A DNA stretch of 64,000 nucleotides from an uncultured delta proteobacterium. GTDB taxonomy: Bacteria > Desulfobacterota > Syntrophia > Syntrophales > UBA2185. The stretch lies in the NCBI GenBank assembly GCA_963729715.1, contig CAVSPA010000003.1, positions 125,682 through 189,681 on the forward strand, written 5' to 3'. How positions within the stretch are numbered: position 1 is the stretch's first letter; the number at the start of each line of letters is the position of its first letter. Of the stretch, positions 19,205 through 29,631 are shown piece by piece. The notes beneath the pieces are model-generated. The model did not search any database. It was not told the origin of the DNA and saw only the letters and a list, made by a program, of their open reading frames with translations. Both the position numbers and the translations under genes were made by a program.

Positions 19205-19281
19205 AAGCTCACTCCTTTTCAGAATAGCAAATAATATTTATCCAGTTGTCTAAGATTAACCCTGCCTTGCAAGTGAACCAC

Positions 19282-19297
19282 AGCACCGGTAATGCCA
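19282..19297 (-). promoter_or_regulatory. Candidate sigma-54 -24/-12 promoter for nifU-nifS-cysE
   Basis: Minus strand TGGCATTACCGGTGCT has exact GG-N10-GC spacing, about 80 bp upstream of nifU. Confidence 0.5.
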
Positions 19298-19444
19298 CTT
19301 TCGGCTTACTATGTCCTTTTTCCGACGATTGCTTCAGGCCGCACCTCAAGCGTCAAGCCTTCCTACCTTAACAAGGAGTCTTTTCGCACAGAATGACAAG
19401 AAGGAAAATTGTGATACAGTCCAGGAGGAAAGGAAACGCCTTTC

Positions 19445-19783
19445 CTAATTCTTCAACACATGGGTCATATAATCAATTATGGCCTTAGTCTCTTCGGGCT
19501 TGAGATTTATAGCCGGCATCACGCCCTTGCCTTTCTTGATAACCTGTTCGATCTTCTGCCCGTCGAGTCCCTTCCATGCATCGGGGTCGGTGAAATCCTT
19601 CGGCCTGTATTGGCGATAATAAGCGGAAGGGTAATTATCATCACCCTTGAGGTTGTGGCAGAACTGACAGTTCTTCTTAAATAGTGTTTGCCCTGCACTG
19701 TAATCGTAACCGCCGGCATTTCCGAAAAGGAAGAGCATTCCCCCTAATGCCAATGTTATGGTAGAGATGAGAATCTTCTTCAT
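19445..19783 (-). CDS. Monoheme cytochrome c
   Basis: Signal peptide, CQFCH, distal Met in GVMPA. Confidence 0.9.
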   Translation of the reverse strand: MKKILISTITLALGGMLFLFGNAGGYDYSAGQTLFKKNCQFCHNLKGDDNYPSAYYRQYRPKDFTDPDAWKGLDGQKIEQVIKKGKGVMPAINLKPEETKAIIDYMTHVLKN

Positions 19784-19949
19784 AGTATGCCCCCTCTCAT
19801 TGTCGCATCAATGTCCCGACTCTTCTTACATTTTTAGTGTTAAATTATATTATGTCAAGACTTTAATAACTTACCGGCAGAAATAATAACCGGGAGGTCT
19901 GCGTGGTGGGTCTGATCCTAAGAATATGATTTTTCTTGTATGGAGGCGC

Positions 19950-22499
19950 TTAAAGATTAACTCTCTGATAAAATATCTTTTTTGCGAGCTCCGCCACAAG
20001 GATATAGAGGACCACAATTAAGCCCATCATCGTCAGAAAAGAAAGAGGAAGCGACACAAATCCGAAAAGCGTCCCGATGGGAGTAAGAGGAAAAACGAGT
20101 GTGGCTATGACGGCAGCGACCGTGGCAACGCACAGATACTTTCCCGGCCGGCTCTTGAAGAAAGGCCTGCGGCTGCGGATTACCAGCACAATGATGGCGG
20201 CAGAAATGACAGATTCCATGAACCATCCCGTTCTAAACTGCTCCGGTGTAGCGTGGAGTATAAGGAGCAGAACTGCGAAGGTGAGGTAATCAAAAATTGA
20301 ACTGACAAGGCCGAAGGTGAACATGAATTTCCGTATAAAAGAAATGTTCCAGCGCCGGGGCTGATTCAACATCTCTATGTCTACATGGTCCGCGGCAATG
20401 GTCATTTCCGGAAAATCCGTCATCAGATTAGTAAGCAGTATCTGCTTGGGAAGTAAGGGGAGAAAGGACAAGAAGAGAGATGCGCCGGCCATGCTGAACA
20501 TGTTTCCGAAATTAGCGCTCGTGGCCATAAAGACATACTTCAAGGTGTTGGCAAAGGTTGTTCTTCCTTCGCGCACGCCTTGCACAAGGACGGCCAGATT
20601 TTTTTCCATGAGGACGATATCCGCGGATTCTTTAGCTACGTCCACCGCTGTGTCCACCGAAATGCCGACATCCGCTGCATGCAGGGCGGAGGCGTCATTG
20701 ATCCCGTCGCCCATATATCCCACGACATGGCCGGCCTTCCTGAGTGCAAGGATAATCCGCTCCTTCTGGTTGGGCTCTACCTCCGCGAATATGTCCGTCT
20801 CTGTTACCCTTGATAAAAGAGCATCATTACTTGTTTCATGAAGCTCACTTCCTGTAACTATTCTTGCATCCCCCATTCCCACCTCCTCGCTGACCTTACG
20901 GGCGACGAGGCAGTTATCTCCGGTAATGATTTTCAGAGAAATGCCGAGTTGCCTGAGGCGGTTGATAGTCTCTGCTATCTCCGCTTTTGGCGGATCGAAA
21001 AAAACCAGGAATCCGAGGAAGGTCATATCCTTCTCGCAATCCTTATCAATGCGAGGTTCTGCCCCCATATCCCGAGAAGCAATTCCCAAGAGGCGAAAAC
21101 CCTGATTGCTGAGCGTCTCGAATTTCTGCTGGATCTCCTGTTTCACCGAAGCTATATCCATCTTATCTCCCGAGGGAGCCTCCGCCTTAGAACAGATGCC
21201 AATCACGTTGGGAAGGGGCCCCTTGGTCACCATCAAGGAAATACCGTCCTTTAGTACCAGGATACTCAAGCGCTTCCTGAAGAAGTCGTAAGGCACCTCG
21301 TCCGCCTTTTCATACCCGGAAACATCAGGCTGTTTGTAAGAGCGAATCGCTTCATCGATAGGATTTGAAAAGCCCTTTTCAAAAAATGAGTTCAAATAGG
21401 CGTGAAAAAAGACCCGCTCACTGGAATTACCTGCGAGATCTAATGCAGAATGTAGATGCACTGTTCCCTCGGTCAGGGTTCCCGTCTTGTCGGAGCAGAG
21501 GACATCCATGCTCCCGAAATTCTCTATGGCGGCGAGCCGCTTCACAATGACCTTTTGCTGTGCCATCTTCTTAGCGCCATGAGCCAGATTGATACTGATG
21601 ATAGCGGGCAGCAGTTGAGGCGTCAGCCCCACCGCAAGGGCGAGAGAAAAAAGGAACGATTCGAGGACGGGCCGGTGGAAATAGACATTGACGGCAAAAA
21701 TCAGGAAGACCAGGGCCAGCGTAACTTCGAGCAACAAATACCCGAATTGCCGGACGCCGCGCTCAAATTCGGTTTCCTGGGGTCTCAGCTTCAGCCTTTC
21801 CGATATTTTACCGAACTCCGCTTCCTTTCCCGTGAAAACAACAACGGCTTGGGCCGTGCCGCTGACGACATGGGTTCCCATGAAGAGGCAGTTGGCGCGC
21901 CCGTTCAAGGACGTCTGCGCCGGTAATTGACCGGCTTTCTTGTCGACGGGGTACGTTTCCCCTGTCAGGGTTGCCTCATCCACAAAGAGATCTGTTGATT
22001 CGAGAATCAAGCAGTCTGCGGGTATGGCATCACCTGCATTCAGGATAACGATGTCTCCCGGGACGACGTCTTCTATGGGGATGTCTATGGGGTTGCCGTC
22101 ACGGAGAACCGTCGTCTTGATTCTGACGATGGACAGGAGCTTTTCTACGGCATCAGCGGCGCCGCGTTCCTGCCAGAACCCGAGAAGGCCGCTCACCAGA
22201 ACAATGAAAAGAATAATAGCGCCGTCCACATGATCCTTCAGGAAGAAAGATAATCCGGCAGCAAAAACAAGGGTGAGGATAATGGGGCTCTTGAATTGGG
22301 AAAAAAGAAGCGCAGCAGCGTCGGATCGCTTAGGCGGCTTTAGTAGATTAGCCCCGCAATTAACCAGCCGCCGCCTCGCCTCACCGCTCTCCAACCCTTC
22401 CTGTCGGGCATCGAGCCCTGCCAGCACATCGGCCTGTGGGATGCTCCAGAAATCAGACGGCTGCTTAATCATTTGCTTACCTGTGGCGATTGGGCGCAT
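19950..22499 (-). CDS. mgtA: Magnesium-translocating P-type ATPase
   Basis: TGE, AVGLTPQLLP, DKTGTLT, TGDN, GDGIND, SANFGNMFS, FRTGWFMES. Confidence 0.92.
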   Translation of the reverse strand: MRPIATGKQMIKQPSDFWSIPQADVLAGLDARQEGLESGEARRRLVNCGANLLKPPKRSDAAALLFSQFKSPIILTLVFAAGLSFFLKDHVDGAIILFIVLVSGLLGFWQERGAADAVEKLLSIVRIKTTVLRDGNPIDIPIEDVVPGDIVILNAGDAIPADCLILESTDLFVDEATLTGETYPVDKKAGQLPAQTSLNGRANCLFMGTHVVSGTAQAVVVFTGKEAEFGKISERLKLRPQETEFERGVRQFGYLLLEVTLALVFLIFAVNVYFHRPVLESFLFSLALAVGLTPQLLPAIISINLAHGAKKMAQQKVIVKRLAAIENFGSMDVLCSDKTGTLTEGTVHLHSALDLAGNSSERVFFHAYLNSFFEKGFSNPIDEAIRSYKQPDVSGYEKADEVPYDFFRKRLSILVLKDGISLMVTKGPLPNVIGICSKAEAPSGDKMDIASVKQEIQQKFETLSNQGFRLLGIASRDMGAEPRIDKDCEKDMTFLGFLVFFDPPKAEIAETINRLRQLGISLKIITGDNCLVARKVSEEVGMGDARIVTGSELHETSNDALLSRVTETDIFAEVEPNQKERIILALRKAGHVVGYMGDGINDASALHAADVGISVDTAVDVAKESADIVLMEKNLAVLVQGVREGRTTFANTLKYVFMATSANFGNMFSMAGASLFLSFLPLLPKQILLTNLMTDFPEMTIAADHVDIEMLNQPRRWNISFIRKFMFTFGLVSSIFDYLTFAVLLLILHATPEQFRTGWFMESVISAAIIVLVIRSRRPFFKSRPGKYLCVATVAAVIATLVFPLTPIGTLFGFVSLPLSFLTMMGLIVVLYILVAELAKKIFYQRVNL

Positions 22500-22827
22500 G
22501 AATTGTCCGCAAATTTAGCCTTGATCACGACTATATGCAATATAAGGGAAGGCAGTTCCCCTGTCAAGTACACTGAGGCAACAGTCAATCGAAATCACAT
22601 CTCTCAAAGCCCCATCCCCATAGGGAGTGTCTTTCAGGAAATGCTTCAGCTGGATAAGGAACATCATCAGATCGCAAGGATGAATTCCGATAAATTGAGA
22701 CGCAATGTAACCGGAAGCAAGAGGCATAAAATAGCCGTAAAATGGGAGTATAGACCTACGTAGAAAGAGCGGGCAGACCAAGTTTGTCTCTGCTGCATCA
22801 CCTTGAGAAAGGGCAATGTCCGTCACA

Positions 22828-24015
22828 TCAAAGCGCGGCTATTGTTCTGGTCTTGCTGTCTTCCTGGTATCGTAGGAGGGCGCTGAGCAGGAATCCGGCC
22901 AACGGAAGGATCATGATGGACTTGAGGGCGACGGGCACGCCGAAATGATCGGCAATGACTCCGAGGAGCGTGACACAGACGCCGCCTGCCCCGATAGCAA
23001 AACCCACCATGAGGCCGGAGGCAACGCCGAGATTCTTCGGCAGCAACTGTTGTGCCATGACAATGGTGACAGTAAAGGTTGAAATCAAGGTCATGCCGAG
23101 AAATCCGAGTACAAGAAACAGCATGTAGCCGTCAACGACGAATATCAGGGGCAGAATAAGGGTGCTGAGAAACATGGACAGCAGCAGATAGCGTTTATGA
23201 CCCCACCTGTCAGCCAAAGGCGCTCCCCCCAAGGTGCCGATGACGCCTCCGAGAAGAAGAACAAAAACGAGTTTACCCGCATAAAGGGGATCTCCCTTGA
23301 GATGGTTTATGAAGTAAAAAGGGATGTAGCTCATAAGACCCATCTGCGTCCATGACCTCATAATCACGATTGCGATCACCATTGATAAAGATGTGTAAGC
23401 ACCCTTTCGCGGCTCGAGTGCCACCTCTCCATCCGCTACCCTCTCCCGTTTGATTTCGGTAATGGATATGTCCCGCCAATAGAAGATAATGATTGCAACA
23501 AAAGCGACCGAAGGGACAATTATAACGGGCAGTGAAGAAAATCCCATGTACTTGATTATGTAGATTGCGATTATCGGACCTAAGGCGAACCCCACATTTC
23601 CGCCGACCGAGAATATCGCCATCCCTGTTACCCGCCTCTCGCCTGTAAAAAAATGGGCGGTCTTGTATCCTTCGGGATGGTATGACGCGATGCCGAAGCC
23701 GCTCACTATGACAAGCACGAGGATAAGCGCATAACTTGAAGGGAAGGACAACAAAGAGAATCCGGCGCCGGCGCACAGGCACCCGAGAGGCAGAAGGAAG
23801 GCCTTTTCCTGTCTGTCCGAAAGATATCCGAAAAGAGGCTGGATCAGAGAGGATGTGAAATTCGCCGCCAACAGGATGATACCGGCCATAGTGTAAGAGA
23901 GGGAAAGGTTCTCTTTCAGAAAGGGGAGTATGGCAGGAAGCGCACTCTGGTATATATCTGTTACCAGATGCCCTAATGAAAGGACCATGAGAATTTTCAG
24001 GTTGAATTTGCTCAT
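22828..24015 (-). CDS. MFS transporter (Fsr-like)
   Basis: LGHLVTD, QPLFGYLSDR, YHPEG, FSVGGNVG, LADRWG. Confidence 0.9.
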   Translation of the reverse strand: MSKFNLKILMVLSLGHLVTDIYQSALPAILPFLKENLSLSYTMAGIILLAANFTSSLIQPLFGYLSDRQEKAFLLPLGCLCAGAGFSLLSFPSSYALILVLVIVSGFGIASYHPEGYKTAHFFTGERRVTGMAIFSVGGNVGFALGPIIAIYIIKYMGFSSLPVIIVPSVAFVAIIIFYWRDISITEIKRERVADGEVALEPRKGAYTSLSMVIAIVIMRSWTQMGLMSYIPFYFINHLKGDPLYAGKLVFVLLLGGVIGTLGGAPLADRWGHKRYLLLSMFLSTLILPLIFVVDGYMLFLVLGFLGMTLISTFTVTIVMAQQLLPKNLGVASGLMVGFAIGAGGVCVTLLGVIADHFGVPVALKSIMILPLAGFLLSALLRYQEDSKTRTIAAL

Positions 24016-24299
24016 CGCAAGTGCCCGGCAATAAGAATCAGGATGCAAGGTTTATAAGGGGAAAGCGCCTGCATGTCAATGAGATTAAACCGGGGATTTT
24101 TCTGACCGGACGAATAGATTCTCATGCAGCCCTGAATGCCTATTCTACCGGATAAACGATTGCTTTATTCACCTTCGAAGACCTCGGATCGTGTAGAAAA
24201 GGATTAGGATTTGTTTAATAAGCGATATGTCATTTGAGAAAAAGTTACATTGTCGCGGTGTCATTAATCGCCGTATCGGCTATTCGCGATGCGCTCTCA

Positions 24300-24734
24300 T
24301 TACGGGGGGGCATTTTGCAATGCCCAATAGGAACCTATTTCGGTGACAGTCTCAACAAATTTATCATACGCTATCGGTTTTATGATGAAGCTGTTTGCTC
24401 CCAGCCGGTAGCTGTCTATCCTGTCCTGGTCGTTGGTCGATGACGAGAAAACCACTACGGGGATCATCCTTGTCGTCTCATTAGTTCTTATCATTCGCAG
24501 AAGCTCAAGCCCGTCCACCTTCGGCAACCTCAGGTCCAGAAGAATCACGCTGGGTTGTTTAAGGGAATAGCGGTCCGCATACTCACATGCTGCAAAAAGA
24601 TAATCCAGGGCTTCCCCGCCGTCACGAAAAACCTTGACCCTATGGGCCAGGTTATGCTGACTCAGGGCTTCGAGTATAAACTCCACGTTGTATTTATTAT
24701 CTTCCACAAGTAGGATATCAAACATTTTTTCCAT
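24300..24734 (-). CDS. Single-domain response regulator (Rcp1-like), no adjacent kinase
   Basis: LLVEDN, ILLDLRLPKVDG, GANSFIIKP; clearly similar to 8780-9220. Confidence 0.9.
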   Translation of the reverse strand: MEKMFDILLVEDNKYNVEFILEALSQHNLAHRVKVFRDGGEALDYLFAACEYADRYSLKQPSVILLDLRLPKVDGLELLRMIRTNETTRMIPVVVFSSSTNDQDRIDSYRLGANSFIIKPIAYDKFVETVTEIGSYWALQNAPP

Positions 24735-25070
24735 CGTTAATCCACCTTTTCTTCCTGTATTGCAAAATGGCAGACCCGACTCGTTTATCGTCACACCGCC
24801 TTCGCGGGCGCCGCACCGAATCTACCTTTTCCAGTAAGCATAGCTTACGCGCGAATAAAGGCAATGCGTCAATGACTGATTTCAGGGCACTTTATACCTT
24901 AAGATGATATAGGTGATCGATGAGAAGTTTACAGGAATTGTTTCTCAAGGCAAGTGGATGACTTGGACTATCCGGACAATTGTTGTGCCTGCCGCTCTGA
25001 AGAAGTATTGACTAGTTTGTAAGCAACGCATAAAATGAAAAACGTTGATACTACGTAGACGGAGGCGATT

Positions 25071-27770
25071 GTGAAAAGAGCCCATACACGAATCTCAGAA
25101 ATCAGCTTCGTAATTCTGATCCTTGCGGTGGTCTTCATCTTCCTGCTGCCTGCTGCCGGGGCATCGCCTGAAGAAAGAACAGGCGATGAGAATATACTAA
25201 GAGCCACTCTGCAGAATGGATTGCGGGTGGTTATTGTCCGAAACACCCAGGCTCCGGTTGTCACGACAATGGTGAATTATCTTGTCGGTTCAAACGAGGC
25301 GCCGGCAGGTTTTCCCGGCATGGCCCACGCCCAGGAGCACATGATGTTCAGGGGCAGCCCGGGTCTTTCAGCGGACCAGCTCGCAGACATCATCGCCTTG
25401 CTGGGCGGAGATTTCAATGCGGATACGCAGCAGACAGTCACGCAATATTTCTTCACCTGCGCGGCGGAAGATCTGGACATAGCCCTGCACATAGAATCAA
25501 TCCGGATGAGGGGCGTATTCGACGCTGAGGAATCGTGGAAGGAGGAAAGGGGCGCTATCGAGCAGGAAGTGGCCCAGGACATCTCCGATCCCGACTACAT
25601 CTTTTACGCAAAGCTGCTCGAAATTATGTTCGACGATACCGCATATGCGCATACGCCTCTCGGAACGATTCCTTCCTTTGAGAAGACAACAGGGGCCATG
25701 CTCAAAACATTTCATGACACATGGTATGCACCCAACAATGCTATTCTCGTGATCGTGGGCCATGTCGAACCCCGGAACGCGCTTAAGGCCGTCGAGAAAT
25801 ATTTTTCTCCCATATCGCGGAAGAACGTTCCGCAACGTTCTGCCGTACGTCTTCGACCCGTGAAGCCGGAATCTTTCACGATGACGACGGACCAGTCGCA
25901 CGGGCTTGCGGCTATTTCTTTCCGCATGCCCGGTTATGGAAGCGGCGATTACGCGGCAAGTGAAGTCCTTGCGGACGTATTGAGCAGCCAGCGGGGAAGC
26001 CTATTCGAATTGGTGGTTCAAGGAAAAGCGCTCGACATTGACTTCAGTATGCTCACCCTCCCTGACGCAGGTCTGGCCTACGCAGCGGCGTCCTTCCCGA
26101 AGGGAACCGATCCTCAGCCTCTGATTAAGGAGGTCCGGAGGATTCTTGCGGACGATGTGAAGAAAGGGTTCTCAGCCGACCTTGTTGAGGCGGCCAAACG
26201 CAACAGGCTGACGAAGGCCGAACTTCAGAAAAATTCCGTTCCTGGTCTTGCCATGGCGTGGTCTCAGGCGCTGGCGGTGGAAGGGAGGCAATCACCGGAC
26301 GACACCTTAAGCGCCATCCAGAAGGTTTCTGTGGCCGACGTCAACAGGGTGGCTACGAGGTACCTGCAACTTCATCGATCCGTAGAAGCCATTCTCATCC
26401 CGGAAGCCGCTGGCAAGCCCGTCTCTGCAAGGCCGCGCGGGGGAATGGAGTCTTTTGCGCCGAAAGAGACGAAAAGCGTTAAGCTTCCCGGCTGGGCGGA
26501 CAAGGCATTGAAACGGCTTTTCATGCCGGCTTCCACGGTGAATCCTGAGGTTATAGTTCTTCCCAACGGACTCAAACTTATCATTCAGTATGCTTCTGTG
26601 AGCGACACTGCAAGTATATACGGCCATGTGAAAAACAATCCTTACCTTCAGACTCCGGAGGGAAAGGAAGGATTGGATCGTGTGTTGGAACCGCTTTTTT
26701 CTTTCGGTACTACTTCTCTGGACAGACTGGCTTTCCAGAAAGCTCAGGACGACATAGGGGCGGAAATATCCGTGAACACGGATTTCTCTCTACAGGCTCT
26801 CGCCAAACACTTTGATCGCGGCGTCGAGCTTCTTGCGGACAATTTGCTTCACCCGGCGCTGCCCGGGGAAGCATTCGAAACGTTGCGGAAACAGGTGGCG
26901 GATGAAGTGGCGGGCGAAGTTGAAAGTCCCGACTACCTGACAAAACGGACACTACGAGTTTCCCTCTTTCCTAAAAAAGACGCAGCGCTCCGCGAGGCCA
27001 CGCCGTCGACCATTTCTTCTCTTACCCTCGACGACGTGAAATCATATTACCAGAAGGTGTTCCGGCCGGACCTGACGACAATCGTCTTTATCGGCAAGGT
27101 GCCGCCGGACGTGGTCAGGAAGGTGATTGGGAAATACTTCGGATCATGGAAGGCCGAAGGGCCAAAGCCCGAGACACTCCTGCCTCCGGTTCCGCCGAAT
27201 AGATCATCCGCCACGGCCGTCCCGGATCTCAGCCGGTCTCAGACCAATGTGATTCTCGCCGAAACACTCGGCTTGACCAGATCTCACCCGGATTACTACG
27301 CCCTGGAATTAGGGAACCACGTGCTCGGCGGCGCTTTCTACTCAACCTGGCTATACCGGGATCTCAGAGAAAAGACGGGGCTCGTTTATCACGTTTCTTC
27401 ATCATTCGACGTGGGTAAAACGCGATCCCTTTATGAAGTCAGGTATTCCTGCGACCCTGACAATGTGTCTAAAGCGCGAGCCATCATCGAACATGATCTG
27501 ACAAAGATGCAGGAGGAACCCGTCACGCCGGATGAGCTCTCCAAAGCTCAATCTCTCGCCCTCCGGGAGATGCAGCTTGCCGAGGCCTCCGCCGACGGCA
27601 TAGCGCTGGGACTTATTTATAGGGCGACTCATGACCTGCCCCTTGATGAGCCTGTTATCGCTGCAGGAAGATTCTTGAAATTGACCCCTCAAGACATAAA
27701 GGCTGCCTTCTCGAAGTGGCTTCGCGTCGACAATATGGTTCAGGTTACTCAAGGGCCCTTTCCAAGGTAA
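25071..27770 (+). CDS. Exported M16 family zinc peptidase
   Basis: Signal peptide, LQNGLRV, HAQEH (HxxEH), WYAPNNAILVIVG, second M16 half with LREKTGLVY. Confidence 0.93.
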   Translation: MKRAHTRISEISFVILILAVVFIFLLPAAGASPEERTGDENILRATLQNGLRVVIVRNTQAPVVTTMVNYLVGSNEAPAGFPGMAHAQEHMMFRGSPGLSADQLADIIALLGGDFNADTQQTVTQYFFTCAAEDLDIALHIESIRMRGVFDAEESWKEERGAIEQEVAQDISDPDYIFYAKLLEIMFDDTAYAHTPLGTIPSFEKTTGAMLKTFHDTWYAPNNAILVIVGHVEPRNALKAVEKYFSPISRKNVPQRSAVRLRPVKPESFTMTTDQSHGLAAISFRMPGYGSGDYAASEVLADVLSSQRGSLFELVVQGKALDIDFSMLTLPDAGLAYAAASFPKGTDPQPLIKEVRRILADDVKKGFSADLVEAAKRNRLTKAELQKNSVPGLAMAWSQALAVEGRQSPDDTLSAIQKVSVADVNRVATRYLQLHRSVEAILIPEAAGKPVSARPRGGMESFAPKETKSVKLPGWADKALKRLFMPASTVNPEVIVLPNGLKLIIQYASVSDTASIYGHVKNNPYLQTPEGKEGLDRVLEPLFSFGTTSLDRLAFQKAQDDIGAEISVNTDFSLQALAKHFDRGVELLADNLLHPALPGEAFETLRKQVADEVAGEVESPDYLTKRTLRVSLFPKKDAALREATPSTISSLTLDDVKSYYQKVFRPDLTTIVFIGKVPPDVVRKVIGKYFGSWKAEGPKPETLLPPVPPNRSSATAVPDLSRSQTNVILAETLGLTRSHPDYYALELGNHVLGGAFYSTWLYRDLREKTGLVYHVSSSFDVGKTRSLYEVRYSCDPDNVSKARAIIEHDLTKMQEEPVTPDELSKAQSLALREMQLAEASADGIALGLIYRATHDLPLDEPVIAAGRFLKLTPQDIKAAFSKWLRVDNMVQVTQGPFPR

Positions 27771-27849
27771 CGGCAATTTTGATATTGCCACAAGAGGATG
27801 TCTTTCTTAAACCGGCACATTTACTCCGGGAAAGAAGCCCTGAGTATGC

Positions 27850-28311
27850 TTAAAAGCCCATGTTGTTTATTCCGCCTACCGCATGACGGGTTGACGCGTC
27901 ATATTCTTCTTTCATGCATAATCGCACAATCCTTCTCAACTGTTCCGCTGGCCCCGGCGGCAGGTGGATATGAGCCTTTTCACAGTGGCAATTTTTCTCA
28001 ATATTACGGCAGCGGATAGCGCCGGCCTTGATAATGGCATTCACTGCATCATCATTAGTCGCCGCATGAACCTTTATTTATCTGTCAAAACCACTGACAT
28101 TGTCAGTGGTGGGGTGTGGGGGCGGAGGCCCCACACCTTAAGTGAACCAACAATGTTGGTGAACAATATTTTAGAATAGCCGTTTCAACCCTTAGCAGGC
28201 AAGGCGAAGGACATTGTCCGTAGGCTTGCCGCATTTTGAAGGCCACCGACAAGGTCGGTGGTAGTTTACTTCATGATCACAGGGTACGGGACAGGCAAAT
28301 GAGTATGTCAT
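27850..28311 (-). pseudogene. Cys-rich 89-aa hypothetical protein interrupted by a 192-bp insertion
   Basis: GAGGAG RBS, MTYSFACPVPCDHE (28311-28270) joins in frame to IKVHAATNDDAVNAIIKAGAIRC... (28077-27850) when 28078-28269 is removed. Confidence 0.7.
28078..28269 (-). mobile_element. Non-autonomous IS200/IS605-type miniature element
   Basis: Minus strand starts GTAAACTACCACCGACCTTGTCGGTGG and ends CCACTGACAATGTCAGTGGTTTTGACAGATAA; subterminal hairpins, no target duplication, no transposase ORF. Confidence 0.72.
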
Positions 28312-28914
28312 AGCCCTTCGCTCCTCTCACAAAAAAATTCCCTTCGTTAAACCAAGTCTAAGAAGAGTGCGTTGGATAGCCATCTTGCTGTTTTCCCGAA
28401 AGGCAGAGATCATAAACATGATCCGACGTCGAGCGCTTTTCCGACTTGTCACGGCTCCCATCTTAATTATTCTCAACACAAATTTCTATCCTGCAATCCC
28501 TGATTATCTGCACCGATATTCTTGATTATCGACGCGCATCTGACTGATGTCATGTAGAGGAAAGGAGTAAGGAATAAGAAAATTGATATCCGCATGTCGG
28601 GGCAGGCGCCGGCTTTCCCGTGATACATTACCGCTCGTAGAATGCATACGCGCCGCGGCCTCTGCGAGTAGCCGCTCTTCTTGCCGAACAGCATTTGCCG
28701 TCTTTCCTGAATTTGATCCATCTAAGATATTTTCAGGTAATAAATGAGTGAATCCCTTATGGAACTATTCTGCATATCTAATATCATTCAAATTGTGGAC
28801 TGTTGCTCTGCTCGTTAGCGCAGCAAGGCCCCTACTAAACTGAAATGCATACAGGCGTACCTTGGGGAGCACAAGATGCAATATGACTTCCGGACGGGGA
28901 GTATGGATCGGGTA

Positions 28915-28945
28915 TTGACAGGCAAGTGAGCACTTGCTATATAAT
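28915..28945 (+). promoter_or_regulatory. Sigma-70 promoter with probable TetR operator in the spacer
   Basis: TTGACA (28915) ... TATATAAT (28938-28945); GCAAGTG-AG-CACTTGC palindrome at 28922-28937; ATG 5 nt after the -10. Confidence 0.8.
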
Positions 28946-28950
28946 TAAAC

Positions 28951-29631
28951 ATGAAGAGAGAGGGAAGAATATCGCGTGAAGAAAGGCGAAAACTTATACT
29001 GATAAGGGTTCGCGAACTCTTCGCCAAGAAAGGTCTCGATGGAGCGACTACGCGGGAGCTGGCGGAGTCGGCGGGCATTTCGGAGGGCCTGTTATTCAAA
29101 ATATTCCCCAATAAGGAGGCGCTCTATCATGCCATGCTTGCTTTGTTCTCGGACAACATTTCCGAGAAGACGAAGAAAATGATGTCTCTCAAGCCTTCTA
29201 CCGAGGCGCTCGTGCTGATAGTCCACTTACTGGTATCGGAACTCATATCTGTCAGGTTGGCTGAACGCGATGATTTTATCCGGCTCTACATCCGCAGTCT
29301 CGCAGGGGATGGAGAATTTGCGCATCACGTAATGGAAGAGGCTAAGAGCCAGCTGATCCCGATACTCCGGGCAAATATCAAAGCGGCCATCGCAGCTGGC
29401 GATGTCGTGGACAACCCGGTGCCGCACAATTTGCGCGCCTGGTTTACGGATCGCTTACCCTTCGTCATCATGATGGATTTTGTGCCGACGGCCCCCGTCT
29501 TGAATTACGGCGTTTCGGGGGGGGAACTCGTCAAGCATGTCGTCTGGTTTTTGCTGCGTGGCATAGGCCTGAAGGAAGAGTCTATACGCCGCCATTATAA
29601 CGCCAAGGGATTGGCCATTGTAAAACGCTGA
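28951..29631 (+). CDS. TetR/AcrR family transcriptional regulator
   Basis: ELFAKKGLDGATTRELAESAGISEGLLFKIFPNKEALY HTH. Confidence 0.92.
   Translation: MKREGRISREERRKLILIRVRELFAKKGLDGATTRELAESAGISEGLLFKIFPNKEALYHAMLALFSDNISEKTKKMMSLKPSTEALVLIVHLLVSELISVRLAERDDFIRLYIRSLAGDGEFAHHVMEEAKSQLIPILRANIKAAIAAGDVVDNPVPHNLRAWFTDRLPFVIMMDFVPTAPVLNYGVSGGELVKHVVWFLLRGIGLKEESIRRHYNAKGLAIVKR

Noticed and set aside
22500-22830. M-box or mgtA-leader riboswitch upstream of mgtA
   Set aside because: No recognisable consensus, and a TTGACA-type promoter close to the start leaves little leader.
28473-28721. 82-aa minus-strand ORF
   Set aside because: No RBS or motif; cannot be separated from chance.
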